Below are positions 37,937 through 47,668 of a DNA stretch of 62,140 nucleotides, one piece after another (position 1 is the first letter of the stretch; each line of letters begins with the position of its first letter). The position numbers were made by a program, and so were the translations under genes. The notes beneath the pieces are model-generated. The model worked only from the letters and a program-made list of their open reading frames with translations, did not search any database and had not been told where the DNA came from. The DNA is from Oligoflexales bacterium (GTDB taxonomy: Bacteria > Bdellovibrionota_B > Oligoflexia > Oligoflexales > Bog-1112). Location of the stretch: NCBI GenBank assembly GCA_045105515.1, contig JBGCDR010000028.1, positions 1 to 62,140 of the forward strand. Reading direction: 5' to 3'.

Positions 37937-40627
37937 ATGAATAATCTTGTACAAGTCACCATAGGAGGCTCGGTAGCCTCTACCTTAAAGTCCTCCTTAT
38001 CGAGCACAGAAAGTGCTGTCAAAGCTTTTGGTAGTCAAGTTCGAGCTGCTAATCGCACGATAGGTGATATTGGTACTTATAAGAATCTTAGAACCCAGAT
38101 TTTGGGAACAGTGACTGACTTACGAAGTGCCAAGACTACTATGGCTTCTTTGTCTGGGGTTACAGGTGAACAGCAAACAAGGCTTGCTGAGCTTGAAGCG
38201 AGAATTAAACAGGAGAGAAAATCTTTAGCAGCTTCTACTGCTATCCATAGAGATCGAAAGTCATCTCTAAAGTTTCTCGGTGATGAGATTAAATCGCTAG
38301 AAGCTAAGTACAAGGCTACAAGTGCTCAGCTTGATAATAGTACTGATAAGTCCACCCAGATGCTAAGGCAATTAGAGGATGAGGCTAAGGCACTTGGTGA
38401 GCTAAGGCAAAGATACAAGGATCGCTTTCTAAGATTAAAAGAAAACAAACAGCAGCTCGATGAGCAAAAATCCAAGGTCAAGCAAAGTAACGATCAGCTT
38501 AAGGAACACAAGACACAACTAGCTCTGCTGCAGCGGGATCAGCAAAAGGCTAGCCGCTCTGTTCATACTCTTAATAGAACCTATCTACAGCAGAAGGAAA
38601 CCCTTGGTGGAGTCAAGACCAGTCTTAATAGAGCTGGTATAGCTGTAAGGTCTTTAGCATCAGAGGAGCTTAGGCTTGCAAGAGCGGCACAGCAGGCCAA
38701 TGACAGACTCAAGGTCGCTCAAAAATGGGACTCGATTAGGGCTAGAAACCGGAGGACATTTGATTCCGCTCCTGGCCAGATTATGTCAACGGCCTATGCT
38801 GCCATGCAGGTCGGAGCTCCTATCATTGCAGCAAGCTCTTTTGAGTCATCCCAGAGCGGCTTAAGAGCCCTTACAGATCCAGGTAAGGAATCTGAGGTAG
38901 CAATGCTATCTCAAAGAGCGATGGCTCTTGGTAGGGATTCTAGTCTCAAATACTCGGCTACCAAGATTATGGACTCCATGAAGTACATGAAGATGGCTGG
39001 GACTAGCACTGGCGATATCAATAAATCAATCAGTGATGTGCTTAAGATGGCCATGGCTGGAGAGGTAGAAGCTAGCTACGCCGCTGATATCGGTACTAAC
39101 ATCATGTCTGCCTTCGGTCTTGAGGGTGGTCAAAGCATGAAAGCGGTTGGTAATATCCTAACCAAAGCCTTTACCAGTCATAACCTAACCTTGCCTAAAA
39201 TAGCTGAGACCATGAAGTATGTGGGTCCCTTAGCTGGGATGCTTAAGGTCAAAGAAGGTGACGAGCTTGGGATTCTTAGCAAGATGTCAGCAATGGCTGG
39301 AATCCTTGGTAACAAGGGGATTGACTCAAGCACTGCTGGTACTGGTTTACGTAAAATTATCACTTCAATGGCAGCGCCGACCGGAGCCGCAAGAGACTAT
39401 CTTTCTCGTACTGGAATCGAAACAGTCGATGAGTCAGGAAACCTAAAGTCCCTCGATGAGCTTTTTGTACAATTGTCCACAGCAATGGAAAACGATGGGA
39501 CTGCCGAAAAAGCAGATATCCTAAAGACTCTTTTTGGTGAGGAAGCCTTATCCTCTGCTTCAGCTCTTACTGAAGCTGCAAAATCTGGAAAGCTAAAAGA
39601 ATCCATTGATCTTATCAACAATTACTCTGGTGCAATGGACCGGATTGCTCAGATCAAAATGGACAATGTGATCGGAGCTTTTGAAAACTTAAAAGCTTCT
39701 GCAGTAGGGGCATCCATTGAGATTGGGAAAACATTTCTCCCAGTAATCAGGTTTACACTAGATACCCTCAGAGTAGGTGCTAACACTATAGCTACCTTAG
39801 CAAAAACCTTCCCAACCCTAACCTTTGTGGTTGCAGCTACTGGAACTGCAATTACCGGCTTAAAGGTAGCTACCCTAAGCTACAACATAGTGAGAGCAGT
39901 ATTTAGCGGGGGATTGATGTCTGCAAGCAGAGCACTTTACTTTATGACAGGCATCCAGCTGGGAGCATCTAAGGTAACAAAAGCTCACACACTTACCACG
40001 GTGGTTCATAGTGCAGTGGTCAGAAGCCTTACCTTCACATATGGACTTTTTTGGAAGGCTGTTGCTCTTTACTCAGCAGTAACCAGTGGGTCGATTACAG
40101 TAACTGGACTCTTTTCCAAAGCACTTATGCTCTTACGTGGTGCTTTCATGACAAATCCATTAGGTCTAATTGTCGTTGGTATTGGTGCTGCAGTGACTTA
40201 CGCTTACAACAAAAGTGAGTGGTTTAGAGAAAAAATTAAAGGTCTTTGGGAGTGGTTTAAAGGCATAGGTGGCTCCATTATGGAGTTCTTTGGTCTTATT
40301 GATTCCAAAGTTGCAGGAACTATGAGCGCAGCGGCCGCAAAAGCACCCGAGCTAGTCATGAGCACAGCCTTAGCTGCAAGCTCTGTAGCTGCTGCCCCGC
40401 AAGAAGTCTACGAGCTACCAAAGCCCCAGCCTATGGAGCAACGAATAAGTCAAAAGAGTGAATACGCTATCACAATTAATATAAGTGGAGCTGATAGTAA
40501 GAAAGCTACAGAAATCAAGGATGAGGTAGAAGATCTTATCACTAAAAAGTTTGCTGAAATTGAGCGTAAACGCCGGATAGATGATCGTAGAAAGCTGATG
40601 GATCGCAGTAAGGGAGGGATGTTTTGA
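37937..40627 (+). CDS. Tail tape measure protein (TP901 family core)
   Basis: Long helical protein; ETMKYVGP, GIDSSTAGTGLR, TNPLGLIV. Confidence 0.92.
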   Translation: MNNLVQVTIGGSVASTLKSSLSSTESAVKAFGSQVRAANRTIGDIGTYKNLRTQILGTVTDLRSAKTTMASLSGVTGEQQTRLAELEARIKQERKSLAASTAIHRDRKSSLKFLGDEIKSLEAKYKATSAQLDNSTDKSTQMLRQLEDEAKALGELRQRYKDRFLRLKENKQQLDEQKSKVKQSNDQLKEHKTQLALLQRDQQKASRSVHTLNRTYLQQKETLGGVKTSLNRAGIAVRSLASEELRLARAAQQANDRLKVAQKWDSIRARNRRTFDSAPGQIMSTAYAAMQVGAPIIAASSFESSQSGLRALTDPGKESEVAMLSQRAMALGRDSSLKYSATKIMDSMKYMKMAGTSTGDINKSISDVLKMAMAGEVEASYAADIGTNIMSAFGLEGGQSMKAVGNILTKAFTSHNLTLPKIAETMKYVGPLAGMLKVKEGDELGILSKMSAMAGILGNKGIDSSTAGTGLRKIITSMAAPTGAARDYLSRTGIETVDESGNLKSLDELFVQLSTAMENDGTAEKADILKTLFGEEALSSASALTEAAKSGKLKESIDLINNYSGAMDRIAQIKMDNVIGAFENLKASAVGASIEIGKTFLPVIRFTLDTLRVGANTIATLAKTFPTLTFVVAATGTAITGLKVATLSYNIVRAVFSGGLMSASRALYFMTGIQLGASKVTKAHTLTTVVHSAVVRSLTFTYGLFWKAVALYSAVTSGSITVTGLFSKALMLLRGAFMTNPLGLIVVGIGAAVTYAYNKSEWFREKIKGLWEWFKGIGGSIMEFFGLIDSKVAGTMSAAAAKAPELVMSTALAASSVAAAPQEVYELPKPQPMEQRISQKSEYAITINISGADSKKATEIKDEVEDLITKKFAEIERKRRIDDRRKLMDRSKGGMF

Positions 40628-41028
40628 TAGGCTACCTCGCGAAATTAGGTCCTATATCCTTTACGTTCAGATCCTTTGAATTCGATGATTATGAGCGTTC
40701 TACATCTTGGGATTGGCAAAGTGTTGCATTGATTAACGAGCCCCCTCGGCTTCACTTTGGGGGCAGAAATCAAGATAGCGTATCACTTCAAGGAGTTCTC
40801 TATTTCAATGAATCTAATAGCAAAGATTTTATCAAGCTGGAAGAACTTAGAAAGCTTGGTGAAAAAGGCGAGCCTGTACCCTTTGTTTATTCCAGTGAGA
40901 GGGTTGGTCAATACCTTGGCAAATGGCTTATTAAGTCAGTCAAAGATAAAAGATCTGCTTTTAATATGGATGGCAGCCCGGCAAAGCTTGAGTTCTCCAT
41001 AGAGATTGAAAAGTACCCGGAGGATTAA
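40624..41028 (+). CDS. Tail protein, P2 gpU-like
   Basis: LG...F, W...P.L.F.G, L.G, G.W.I..V. Confidence 0.85.
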   Translation: MIGYLAKLGPISFTFRSFEFDDYERSTSWDWQSVALINEPPRLHFGGRNQDSVSLQGVLYFNESNSKDFIKLEELRKLGEKGEPVPFVYSSERVGQYLGKWLIKSVKDKRSAFNMDGSPAKLEFSIEIEKYPED

Positions 41029-41274
41029 ATGGACTACATATGCAGTGAGGGAGACCGCATAGATTTGATTTGCTTTAAGGTCTACGGGAATCACGATAAT
41101 GGGATCATTGCTAGGGTACTGACGTTAAATACAAAGGTTTTGACCGAGCTTTATATCAAATTCACTGAGCATAATCAGGGCTTCTATGATGGTGTCCTTC
41201 CTGAAGGGCTTAAGTTAATTCTTCCTGAATTGAGTGAGATTAGCCCCAAGAAACCAGTAAGGAGGCTCTTTTGA
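41029..41274 (+). CDS. Tail protein X (LysM-like)
   Basis: GDRIDLIC..YG, LPEG..L.LP. Confidence 0.88.
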   Translation: MDYICSEGDRIDLICFKVYGNHDNGIIARVLTLNTKVLTELYIKFTEHNQGFYDGVLPEGLKLILPELSEISPKKPVRRLF

Positions 41275-42236
41275 AGATAGATTATAAGATCATGGTTAAT
41301 GGCATTGATAAGACGAAAAACTTCAAACTAGTCTCAATGATTATCAAAGATGAGATGGGAGAAAAGTCTGATAGCCTTGAAATTACCGTGGATGATGAAG
41401 AATATGTAACTGAGATACCTGCGAGTAAAGTTTCAATAGTTCCCTATATTGGTCTTGAAAATGGTCTTATTAGCTGCGGAGAGTATACCTTAGATCATGT
41501 AGAAACGACTGGCTTTCCTGCAATGATGACGCTCTTCGCTACTGCAGTGCCTCTTAATACTACTATGAACACTAGGAAGGAAAAGACTTGGATCAATTTT
41601 ACCATAGCTGAAATTGTCACTGAAATTGCGCAGCAATATGATTTCCCTGCTGCCTTAGATGCTGAGATTGGTGCGATCAAGATACCTCATATCAATCAAA
41701 CAAGCTCAGATATTCATTTTTTAAGAAGATTAGCAAGTGAGTATGGAGCAATTTTTAAGTTTCATACCAAGCACCTGATCTTTGTGAAAAAAGGAAATTC
41801 AGCTTTAGGTTTGCTAAAAGAAGTCAAAATACATGGTGGAATAAAAAGGGATTGGAGGCATGTTGCAGCTCCTTTGTCTAAATATTCGGGTGTTGCTGCT
41901 AGCTATCACGATGGTAACAAAGAATTACAGACTATCCTGGTAGGGGATGAAGGTAAGGTCTACAAGCTAAAGACTATCAAAAAAGATAAGGGTGAGGCTG
42001 AACGGCTTGCGAAAGCTAGGTTTGAAGCATTTAGAAGTGGCAATGAAACCCTTAGTATTAGTCTAGATATTGGTAAGAAATTTAGCCCCTTAGAACTGAC
42101 TGCAGGTCAGAGCATTGAGCTAACAAACTTAAGAAAGGGTGTTAACGGCAAATGGTTAGTGAAAAATATAGAACATACCCTTTCAAGGGGAAGACTAGAA
42201 TCAAAGATAGAATGTGAAAGGGGATTTAAAAGGTGA
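41271..42236 (+). CDS. Late control protein D / baseplate hub
   Basis: D.MGEKSD.LEI, SDIHFL.RLA.EYG, G.W.V..IEH. Confidence 0.9.
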   Translation: MKIDYKIMVNGIDKTKNFKLVSMIIKDEMGEKSDSLEITVDDEEYVTEIPASKVSIVPYIGLENGLISCGEYTLDHVETTGFPAMMTLFATAVPLNTTMNTRKEKTWINFTIAEIVTEIAQQYDFPAALDAEIGAIKIPHINQTSSDIHFLRRLASEYGAIFKFHTKHLIFVKKGNSALGLLKEVKIHGGIKRDWRHVAAPLSKYSGVAASYHDGNKELQTILVGDEGKVYKLKTIKKDKGEAERLAKARFEAFRSGNETLSISLDIGKKFSPLELTAGQSIELTNLRKGVNGKWLVKNIEHTLSRGRLESKIECERGFKR

Positions 42237-43267
42237 AAAAGGTAGAAGAAATACCATTTAATGAGCGAGGTGTTGAGCACCAAAAAGCAGATATCATCTT
42301 CTCAGAAAGGAACCAGTCTTTTTATAGGAAGGACAACAGGGGTAATAAATATTGCTGGATGGCAGTTGATGCAAACACTGGAAACGTAGAATTTAAAGAC
42401 CTTAATGGTAAGTCTCTTCTGTTTATAAACGCTGAGAAGGGTAAATTAATTGTCCCAGGAAATCCTAGTGTTGATTTGCAAAAAGAAGCTCCTGATGACC
42501 TTATTGGCAAGATTGCCTATGAAGCAAAGAGGCTCGAAATTGCGCCACAAAAAACACTGGATCAAATTAGTAAAGATGGCCTGATGTTGCAAGCAAATCA
42601 AAAGCTTACCACTAGACAAGATGGACAGCTTCTTATCAATGGGAAGGTCTTCAAAGGCGAGAAGGGAGACAAGCCTTATGTTGAGAGGATTTATGACGGG
42701 GTGAGAATAACGGGATCTAATGGAACTGCTACGGTAAAGGATGGTCCCAAGGGTGAGAATGCTCCTGATGTAAAGCCTAGGATAGAAGCGCTGGAGCATA
42801 AACTAAATGCATTCGTGCATACTCCAGTTAAAGACTTCGATTTTAATATCCCCATCTGGGATACCAGGGATGAATGGCTTGAAGCTTATAGAATGAACGG
42901 TAATGACAGAGTTACTGCTTATGCTTACTTATCTGAAAAGAATCAAAATGGCAGAGCAGCGATGCTTTGTCTGGAGCTTCAGCAATGTAAGTCTTTTCAG
43001 AAAAATCCTACCTACCCTATAGGAAATGAAAGGCGCTATGGAGCTTATCTTGATTACCTAATAACAGGTCAATTTGATGATGGGCAGGAGTTTAATTTTA
43101 GGCAAGGAAGTATATTTTGTCCTGAAATGGGCTCAATAACTCAGACTCTTAATTTTATAGATTGGGCTCCATATGCTAAGTACAGGACTTATAGAATTAA
43201 GTTTAAAAGAGGCTTAAATAGCAAATCTTCAGTATTCAAAGGCAAATTCTCAGCAGTGGAGTTTTGA
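42233..43267 (+). CDS. Putative tail fibre / receptor-binding protein
   Basis: Collagen-like GEKGDK and GPKGEN; distal position in the tail operon. Confidence 0.45.
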   Translation: MKKVEEIPFNERGVEHQKADIIFSERNQSFYRKDNRGNKYCWMAVDANTGNVEFKDLNGKSLLFINAEKGKLIVPGNPSVDLQKEAPDDLIGKIAYEAKRLEIAPQKTLDQISKDGLMLQANQKLTTRQDGQLLINGKVFKGEKGDKPYVERIYDGVRITGSNGTATVKDGPKGENAPDVKPRIEALEHKLNAFVHTPVKDFDFNIPIWDTRDEWLEAYRMNGNDRVTAYAYLSEKNQNGRAAMLCLELQQCKSFQKNPTYPIGNERRYGAYLDYLITGQFDDGQEFNFRQGSIFCPEMGSITQTLNFIDWAPYAKYRTYRIKFKRGLNSKSSVFKGKFSAVEF

Positions 43268-43665
43268 TGAATGGAATCGTGTCGCAGGCCCTGTCTGTTT
43301 ATGACTCCAGCTATAAGCCTGCTTATGCAAAGCAATGTGATGTGAACATACCACCAAAAGCTAATTGGTGCGGGGTTTTTGCCGGATGGTTACTGACTAA
43401 GAATGGTTTTGAACTACCTCCAAGGCCGCAGGTTGCCAGGTCTTATCTGAAGGTAGGTAAGCCTGTAGAAGAACCGCAAATAGGCGATCTTGTGGTGTTC
43501 TGGAGGGTGGATCCAAAGGACTGGCGTGGGCACGTGAGCATATTTATTCGTGAAGATGAGTCAGGCATCTATTGTTTAGGTGGAAACCAACAAGGGAAAG
43601 TACAGATTGTTAAGTACAACAAGTTTAAACTATTAGGTTATAGGAGAATTCAAGATGAGTATTGA
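43264..43665 (+). CDS. TIGR02594-like NlpC/P60-CHAP peptidase, probable endolysin
   Basis: WCGVF, ARSYL.VG, GDLVVFWR, GHV, LGGNQ. Confidence 0.85.
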   Translation: MMNGIVSQALSVYDSSYKPAYAKQCDVNIPPKANWCGVFAGWLLTKNGFELPPRPQVARSYLKVGKPVEEPQIGDLVVFWRVDPKDWRGHVSIFIREDESGIYCLGGNQQGKVQIVKYNKFKLLGYRRIQDEY

Positions 43666-44194
43666 AAACATGACTAAGCTAGAAGTCAATGAAGACGGCA
43701 CCTACACAGTAAGCTGCAATAACAAATGTCAGACTGAAGTTGTTACTAAAAACGATGTTGTTCTGGGAGATATATGTCAACCAGAGTACCATGATGAAGG
43801 TGGAAGTTTTATACCTGTAGGGGGAGAATTTAAATTTACTTCGTACCAAGACACGGAAGAAAATAATTATGGCGAGCGAATACAATGTGAAATCGGCAGA
43901 ATGAGAATTGATAGGCTTTATACTTTGAATCGTCGTAGCAACCATCATCTTCTGCTAGTAAATGGCTGGCAATATCAGTGTTTGAGTAACTATAAAGATA
44001 GGTCATATGTATTTATTACACAGTACCCTAGGACCATTGTAAGTATCGACATCGATGATAATAACAAGCTCAAATTAATACAGATACAGGAAGAAAATAA
44101 ACATTGGCAAAATGGAATTGAAGGTCATTATAAAGACAATGATATTCTGAGGCTTGAATTGGAAAGGCGAGAGCTAAGAAAGAAGTCAGGTTGA
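43655..44194 (+). CDS. Hypothetical protein
   Basis: AGGAG RBS; overlaps the peptidase gene; ends the late operon. Confidence 0.6.
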   Translation: MSIENMTKLEVNEDGTYTVSCNNKCQTEVVTKNDVVLGDICQPEYHDEGGSFIPVGGEFKFTSYQDTEENNYGERIQCEIGRMRIDRLYTLNRRSNHHLLLVNGWQYQCLSNYKDRSYVFITQYPRTIVSIDIDDNNKLKLIQIQEENKHWQNGIEGHYKDNDILRLELERRELRKKSG

Positions 44195-44325
44195 TAGAGG
44201 CTTTGAAAAACTTATAAAACTGGATGTTTCTGGATGCACTATAGTACCTCAAACCTTCGGCGATGTGGGTTAAATCGAACCTCAGAGCTTTTGCCATCCG
44301 GCGACACAGGGGTAATTCTCCACCC

Positions 44326-44425
44326 TACCCCGAGGGTTTTTACCCATGTTTTTTTGCCTGAAAAAATAATGCTTGACATAGTAAAAGGGCTCTCATGAGC
44401 TGATAGAGCTATGTGAGTTGTCAAG
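44326..44425 (+). repeat. Left 100-bp inverted repeat unit (29-bp perfect arm plus CTTGACA-N40-TGTCAAG)
   Basis: 44326-44354 is the exact reverse complement of 46696-46724; the CTTGACA/TGTCAAG pair has identical offsets in both copies. Confidence 0.85.
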
Positions 44426-44617
44426 AGAAAAAATGGTAACTAAATTTAGTTAACTAAAAAAATACTAATATACTAAAAATCGTTAATAAAATCGGCGTCA
44501 TTCTTCTATTATTCAATTATAACTCAAAAATATGGATCGTGAAAGGCGGGATGTATTTAATTGGTTACTATATAAAATCATAAAAAAGTGAAAAAAAATA
44601 TTGAATGACCGGCGAAT

Positions 44618-44673
44618 AAAAAAGCCCCGCAACATAGGCGAGGCTGGAAAATAAAAAACCCGCTCAAAGCGGG
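44618..44673 (-). terminator. Two tandem intrinsic terminators for the minus-strand cluster
   Basis: A6-GCCCCGC...GCGAGGC and A6-CCCGCT-CAA-AGCGGG. Confidence 0.75.
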
Positions 44674-44752
44674 CTGGACAAATTATCAAGCTATTGCTAT
44701 GGTTTTAGGTGTTCAGAGGGAGCAAGGGCGGCAATCCTAAATCCTCTGAACA

Positions 44753-45220
44753 TCAACCCCATGTTCCGGCATTTTCCCATTCATAAGTACTCATAATATA
44801 GTTGTTTGACATGTTATAGCGAACCTCTTTCAATAGTTTGTAAATAGGGTGATTATCTTCCTGCTCATGATCCACTACTTGATACATGTAGCATGCTATA
44901 GCCTTAATCATCTCAATATCGCTATATTTGCGCCCCTTAGTTAGATTGCAGTTGTAACTGGGGTAATCCTCTGAACTGTCTTTATAACGGTGGTCAAACG
45001 ACTCTACATTGTGTAGCAATAGCCTTTCGCCTAGCTCTTGCATAGAACCTATTTCCAGGAGTTCAGGCCAAATGCTTACATAATACTCATGCTCAAGCCC
45101 TTTTCTAACTGGCCTGTTATCGCCAAGGTTCATAATTGATAGTAAGCTAGAACTGTTACCCCCAATAATAGCCATAACTACCGCGTCAATAGTTTCATTC
45201 CTTACTACAAAACAAGACAT
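44753..45220 (-). CDS. Hypothetical phage/plasmid protein
   Basis: MSCFVV, NVES...RY, KAIACYMYQ motifs; RBS AAGGGG. Confidence 0.7.
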   Translation of the reverse strand: MSCFVVRNETIDAVVMAIIGGNSSSLLSIMNLGDNRPVRKGLEHEYYVSIWPELLEIGSMQELGERLLLHNVESFDHRYKDSSEDYPSYNCNLTKGRKYSDIEMIKAIACYMYQVVDHEQEDNHPIYKLLKEVRYNMSNNYIMSTYEWENAGTWG

Positions 45221-45221
45221 A

Positions 45222-45680
45222 TTAAGCCCCTTTCTTCATTTCAAGTTCATATTCCAGGCCCTCTACAAAATCCCTTATTTCCGCTTCCCAGTAATACCTG
45301 CCGCTGACCTCGATGATTTGTTCACTTTCAATCAGATAGTCTAGGTGTTCACCTTTGCCATACTCATAATCACCGGGAGACATATTTTTTTGTAGGTCTG
45401 ATGGACTCCAAGTGTTGTAGCCCATTTTTACCTCTGGGTAACACTCATCTAGCATTAGATCATAGCTATCAGTTATACATGCAGGTTCTAAAGGCTCCTC
45501 ATCTAATAGAGTTTCAACAATATGATTAGTTCCCCACTCCACCCCATTATGGTCTTCTCTCATGAGATCGTCAGAACCACAGCGTTTACAGTGCGAACCT
45601 CTAACCCTGACATAGCAGGAATAACAAAATGGTTTAGATTTTTTGTAAGCAATCTTGTCTAAGCGTTCTAATAGTTCCAT
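45222..45680 (-). CDS. Hypothetical Zn-ribbon protein
   Basis: CYSC...CKRCGSDDLM; GGAG RBS before ATG 45680. Confidence 0.7.
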   Translation of the reverse strand: MELLERLDKIAYKKSKPFCYSCYVRVRGSHCKRCGSDDLMREDHNGVEWGTNHIVETLLDEEPLEPACITDSYDLMLDECYPEVKMGYNTWSPSDLQKNMSPGDYEYGKGEHLDYLIESEQIIEVSGRYYWEAEIRDFVEGLEYELEMKKGA

Positions 45681-45681
45681 T

Positions 45682-46176
45682 TTAAGCTCCGATATGTTGA
45701 ATATGATTTGATTTAAAACCTTTAGACCCATATTTGGTTCTGATATCTTCCATATCTAACTGCTTTCCATACCTCCTTTTTTGCGGCGCTGCTGTCCAAT
45801 ACCAAGCTATTTTCTTAGAGTGAAAACGAAAGCCAGCTTGCTTTAATGCTTCCTTGTGTTGCTTAGTGTCTCCTCTTACCCATAGCCAAGTTCCACAAAG
45901 CTCTATTTCAACACCTACAAGCCTACAAGCTAGCTCTATTGCCTCCGATAATTCCTCCGATAGATCGAGGTTAGTAAAACTGCTTCCTTCTCTTTCTATT
46001 GATTCTAGCGCTTTTAGAACGTCGTAAGCTTCGTTAATCAATTGCGTCATATGAAGGCCCGACGTGTTAACGTCTGGATGATAGCGTTTGATAAGCTGAA
46101 GATAGAGCCCTTTTAGACTTGTTTTATTTATGCTTTCCTCGATTCCGAAAACGTCCATGGCTTGATATTTGTTCAT
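45682..46176 (-). CDS. J-domain (DnaJ-like) protein of mobile elements
   Basis: RYHPD, INEAY, IELCGTWLWV.G.T..HKE.LK..GF, IR.KYGS. Confidence 0.85.
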   Translation of the reverse strand: MNKYQAMDVFGIEESINKTSLKGLYLQLIKRYHPDVNTSGLHMTQLINEAYDVLKALESIEREGSSFTNLDLSEELSEAIELACRLVGVEIELCGTWLWVRGDTKQHKEALKQAGFRFHSKKIAWYWTAAPQKRRYGKQLDMEDIRTKYGSKGFKSNHIQHIGA

Positions 46177-46188
46177 GATTGATCCTCC

Positions 46189-46479
46189 CTAGCAATTGCT
46201 TGAACAAATTAAATTAGCAGCATCAAAATTTAGTAAGCTTTGACACATGGGACATTTTGTTGGCAATTTGGTTGGTTTGTATGTTGATTCAGTAATGCTT
46301 TTGAAATCCTCCTTTTCAAGCTCTAGATTATCTCCAGGGCTTAAATTAACAGCTTTAAGCATAAAAACTGGCATTTCAAAAATTTTTGTCAAACCGTCCT
46401 TTTTAGCTGCTACAACTCCTAATACTACCCTTGAGCCCTCCACTTTTTTAGCTCGCCATTTGATAGTTGAAACAATCAT
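46189..46479 (-). CDS. Hypothetical protein with C-terminal Cys motif
   Basis: AGGAG RBS; PTKCPMC...LIC...C. Confidence 0.65.
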   Translation of the reverse strand: MIVSTIKWRAKKVEGSRVVLGVVAAKKDGLTKIFEMPVFMLKAVNLSPGDNLELEKEDFKSITESTYKPTKLPTKCPMCQSLLNFDAANLICSSNC

Positions 46480-46517
46480 TTGTTACTCCTATTTATTGAA
46501 ATGTTTAACTTATATTC

Positions 46518-46553
46518 AGAATAAAAAAGTAATATAACACTGTCAATACAGTG
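46518..46553 (-). promoter_or_regulatory. Sigma70-like promoter for the 46479-44753 cluster, with an overlapping palindrome
   Basis: Minus strand TTGACA (46546-46541), 17 bp, TATTCT; CACTGT-CAAT-ACAGTG over the -35. Confidence 0.6.
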
Positions 46554-46624
46554 ATAATTAGGCAATAACGAAATATCGTATCTAAATTAAAATCGGAATA
46601 TGAGGTGTCGTTTCAAAATAAACA

Positions 46625-46724
46625 CTTGACAAAATCCATGCCCCTACGAGGCCCTTGTGAACAAATTGGAGTGTCAAGTACTTTTATTTCGTAAGAAAAA
46701 ACATGGGTAAAAACCCTCGGGGTA
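46625..46724 (-). repeat. Right 100-bp inverted repeat unit
   Basis: Partner of 44326-44425. Confidence 0.85.
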
Positions 46725-46951
46725 AATTTAAACGCCAAAAACGGGTTTTTATTATAGTGGTTTTAAAGGTGTATTCTGTACGATTGCCGAGAAAAGCAGT
46801 ACTGTAGTACCTAAAAAAACATCGATATTTATAGGCTTCCAAGAGTCTCGGATAATAGACCAGCAAGGTAAGTGCTGGGGGTAATCTTGCCACCAAAACT
46901 CAGGAAGGTTAGGTATGATTCTGGTGACACCTGGGATTTAGCGTGTGGGAG

Positions 46952-47230
46952 TTAATGGTTGATCCTTTGGTTTAGGTCAAGCCCAGTCCTCCAATTAGGA
47001 AGCCTCTTTGCAGGAACAACTACAGGCTCTCCTGTGGATGGATTTCTACCACTGTAGGATTTGTATTCTTTGATAGAAAATGCTCCAAATCCCCTTATTT
47101 CCACTCGGCATCCACTGTTGAGCGTTGTTTTGATTGAATCAAATACCGCATTGACTACTTGTTCTGACTTTTCTATCGTTAGACCTGATTTTGCATGAAT
47201 ATTTTCGACAAGTTGTGACTTATTCATCAT
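46952..47230 (-). CDS. ihfB: Integration host factor beta / HU family protein
   Basis: MNKSQLV, RVEIRGFGAFS, GRNPSTGE. Confidence 0.85.
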   Translation of the reverse strand: MMNKSQLVENIHAKSGLTIEKSEQVVNAVFDSIKTTLNSGCRVEIRGFGAFSIKEYKSYSGRNPSTGEPVVVPAKRLPNWRTGLDLNQRINH

Positions 47231-47255
47231 TCTTCCACATAATAATATGTTTTCG

Positions 47256-47522
47256 TTAAATTTTGAACTTCAGTTTCTTTAACCCTTTTTTTACATGAAT
47301 TTCTAGAACCTCTTTCCGGCTTCCGAGGGTTGTCACAGGTACTTGCAAGCTTCTCGCTGCCTCTGAGCTATTTCCTTCGCTTTCTTTGATGGCATGTGCT
47401 ATTAATGAAGCTTCAAACATGTGAACTATTTCTTTCATACCATGACTCTTAGCAATGGCTAACGCTTCTTCATCTACGAAATTAAGAATCTTTTCAAATG
47501 ATTTGTTTTTACTAATTTTCAT
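47256..47522 (-). CDS. Fis-like HTH protein, copy 1
   Basis: FEASLIAHAIKESEGNSSEAARSLQVPVTTL. Confidence 0.8.
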   Translation of the reverse strand: MKISKNKSFEKILNFVDEEALAIAKSHGMKEIVHMFEASLIAHAIKESEGNSSEAARSLQVPVTTLGSRKEVLEIHVKKGLKKLKFKI

Positions 47523-47668
47523 TGACTGACTCTTTTTAGTGATTGATTTACATAAAACTAAAAATCGCATAGTACCCAAAATATTCATGATTGCAATACG
47601 ATACTCATTGAAAAATAACCTATACAATGCAAAAATATGGTTGTTAAGACAATTTACAGGGGATCACT

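Noticed and set aside
32695..42236. Tailocin or contractile injection system
   Set aside because: The tail genes are contiguous with terminase, portal, protease and capsid genes, so this is a phage virion operon
42233..44194. Diversity-generating retroelement or tail-fibre shufflon
   Set aside because: No reverse transcriptase, no TR/VR pair, and no alternative fibre ends inside the neighbouring IR-bounded segment
44437..44452. Palindrome TAACTAAATTTAGTTA as a telomere-resolution site
   Set aside because: Only 16 bp, AT-rich, and no protelomerase gene is recognisable
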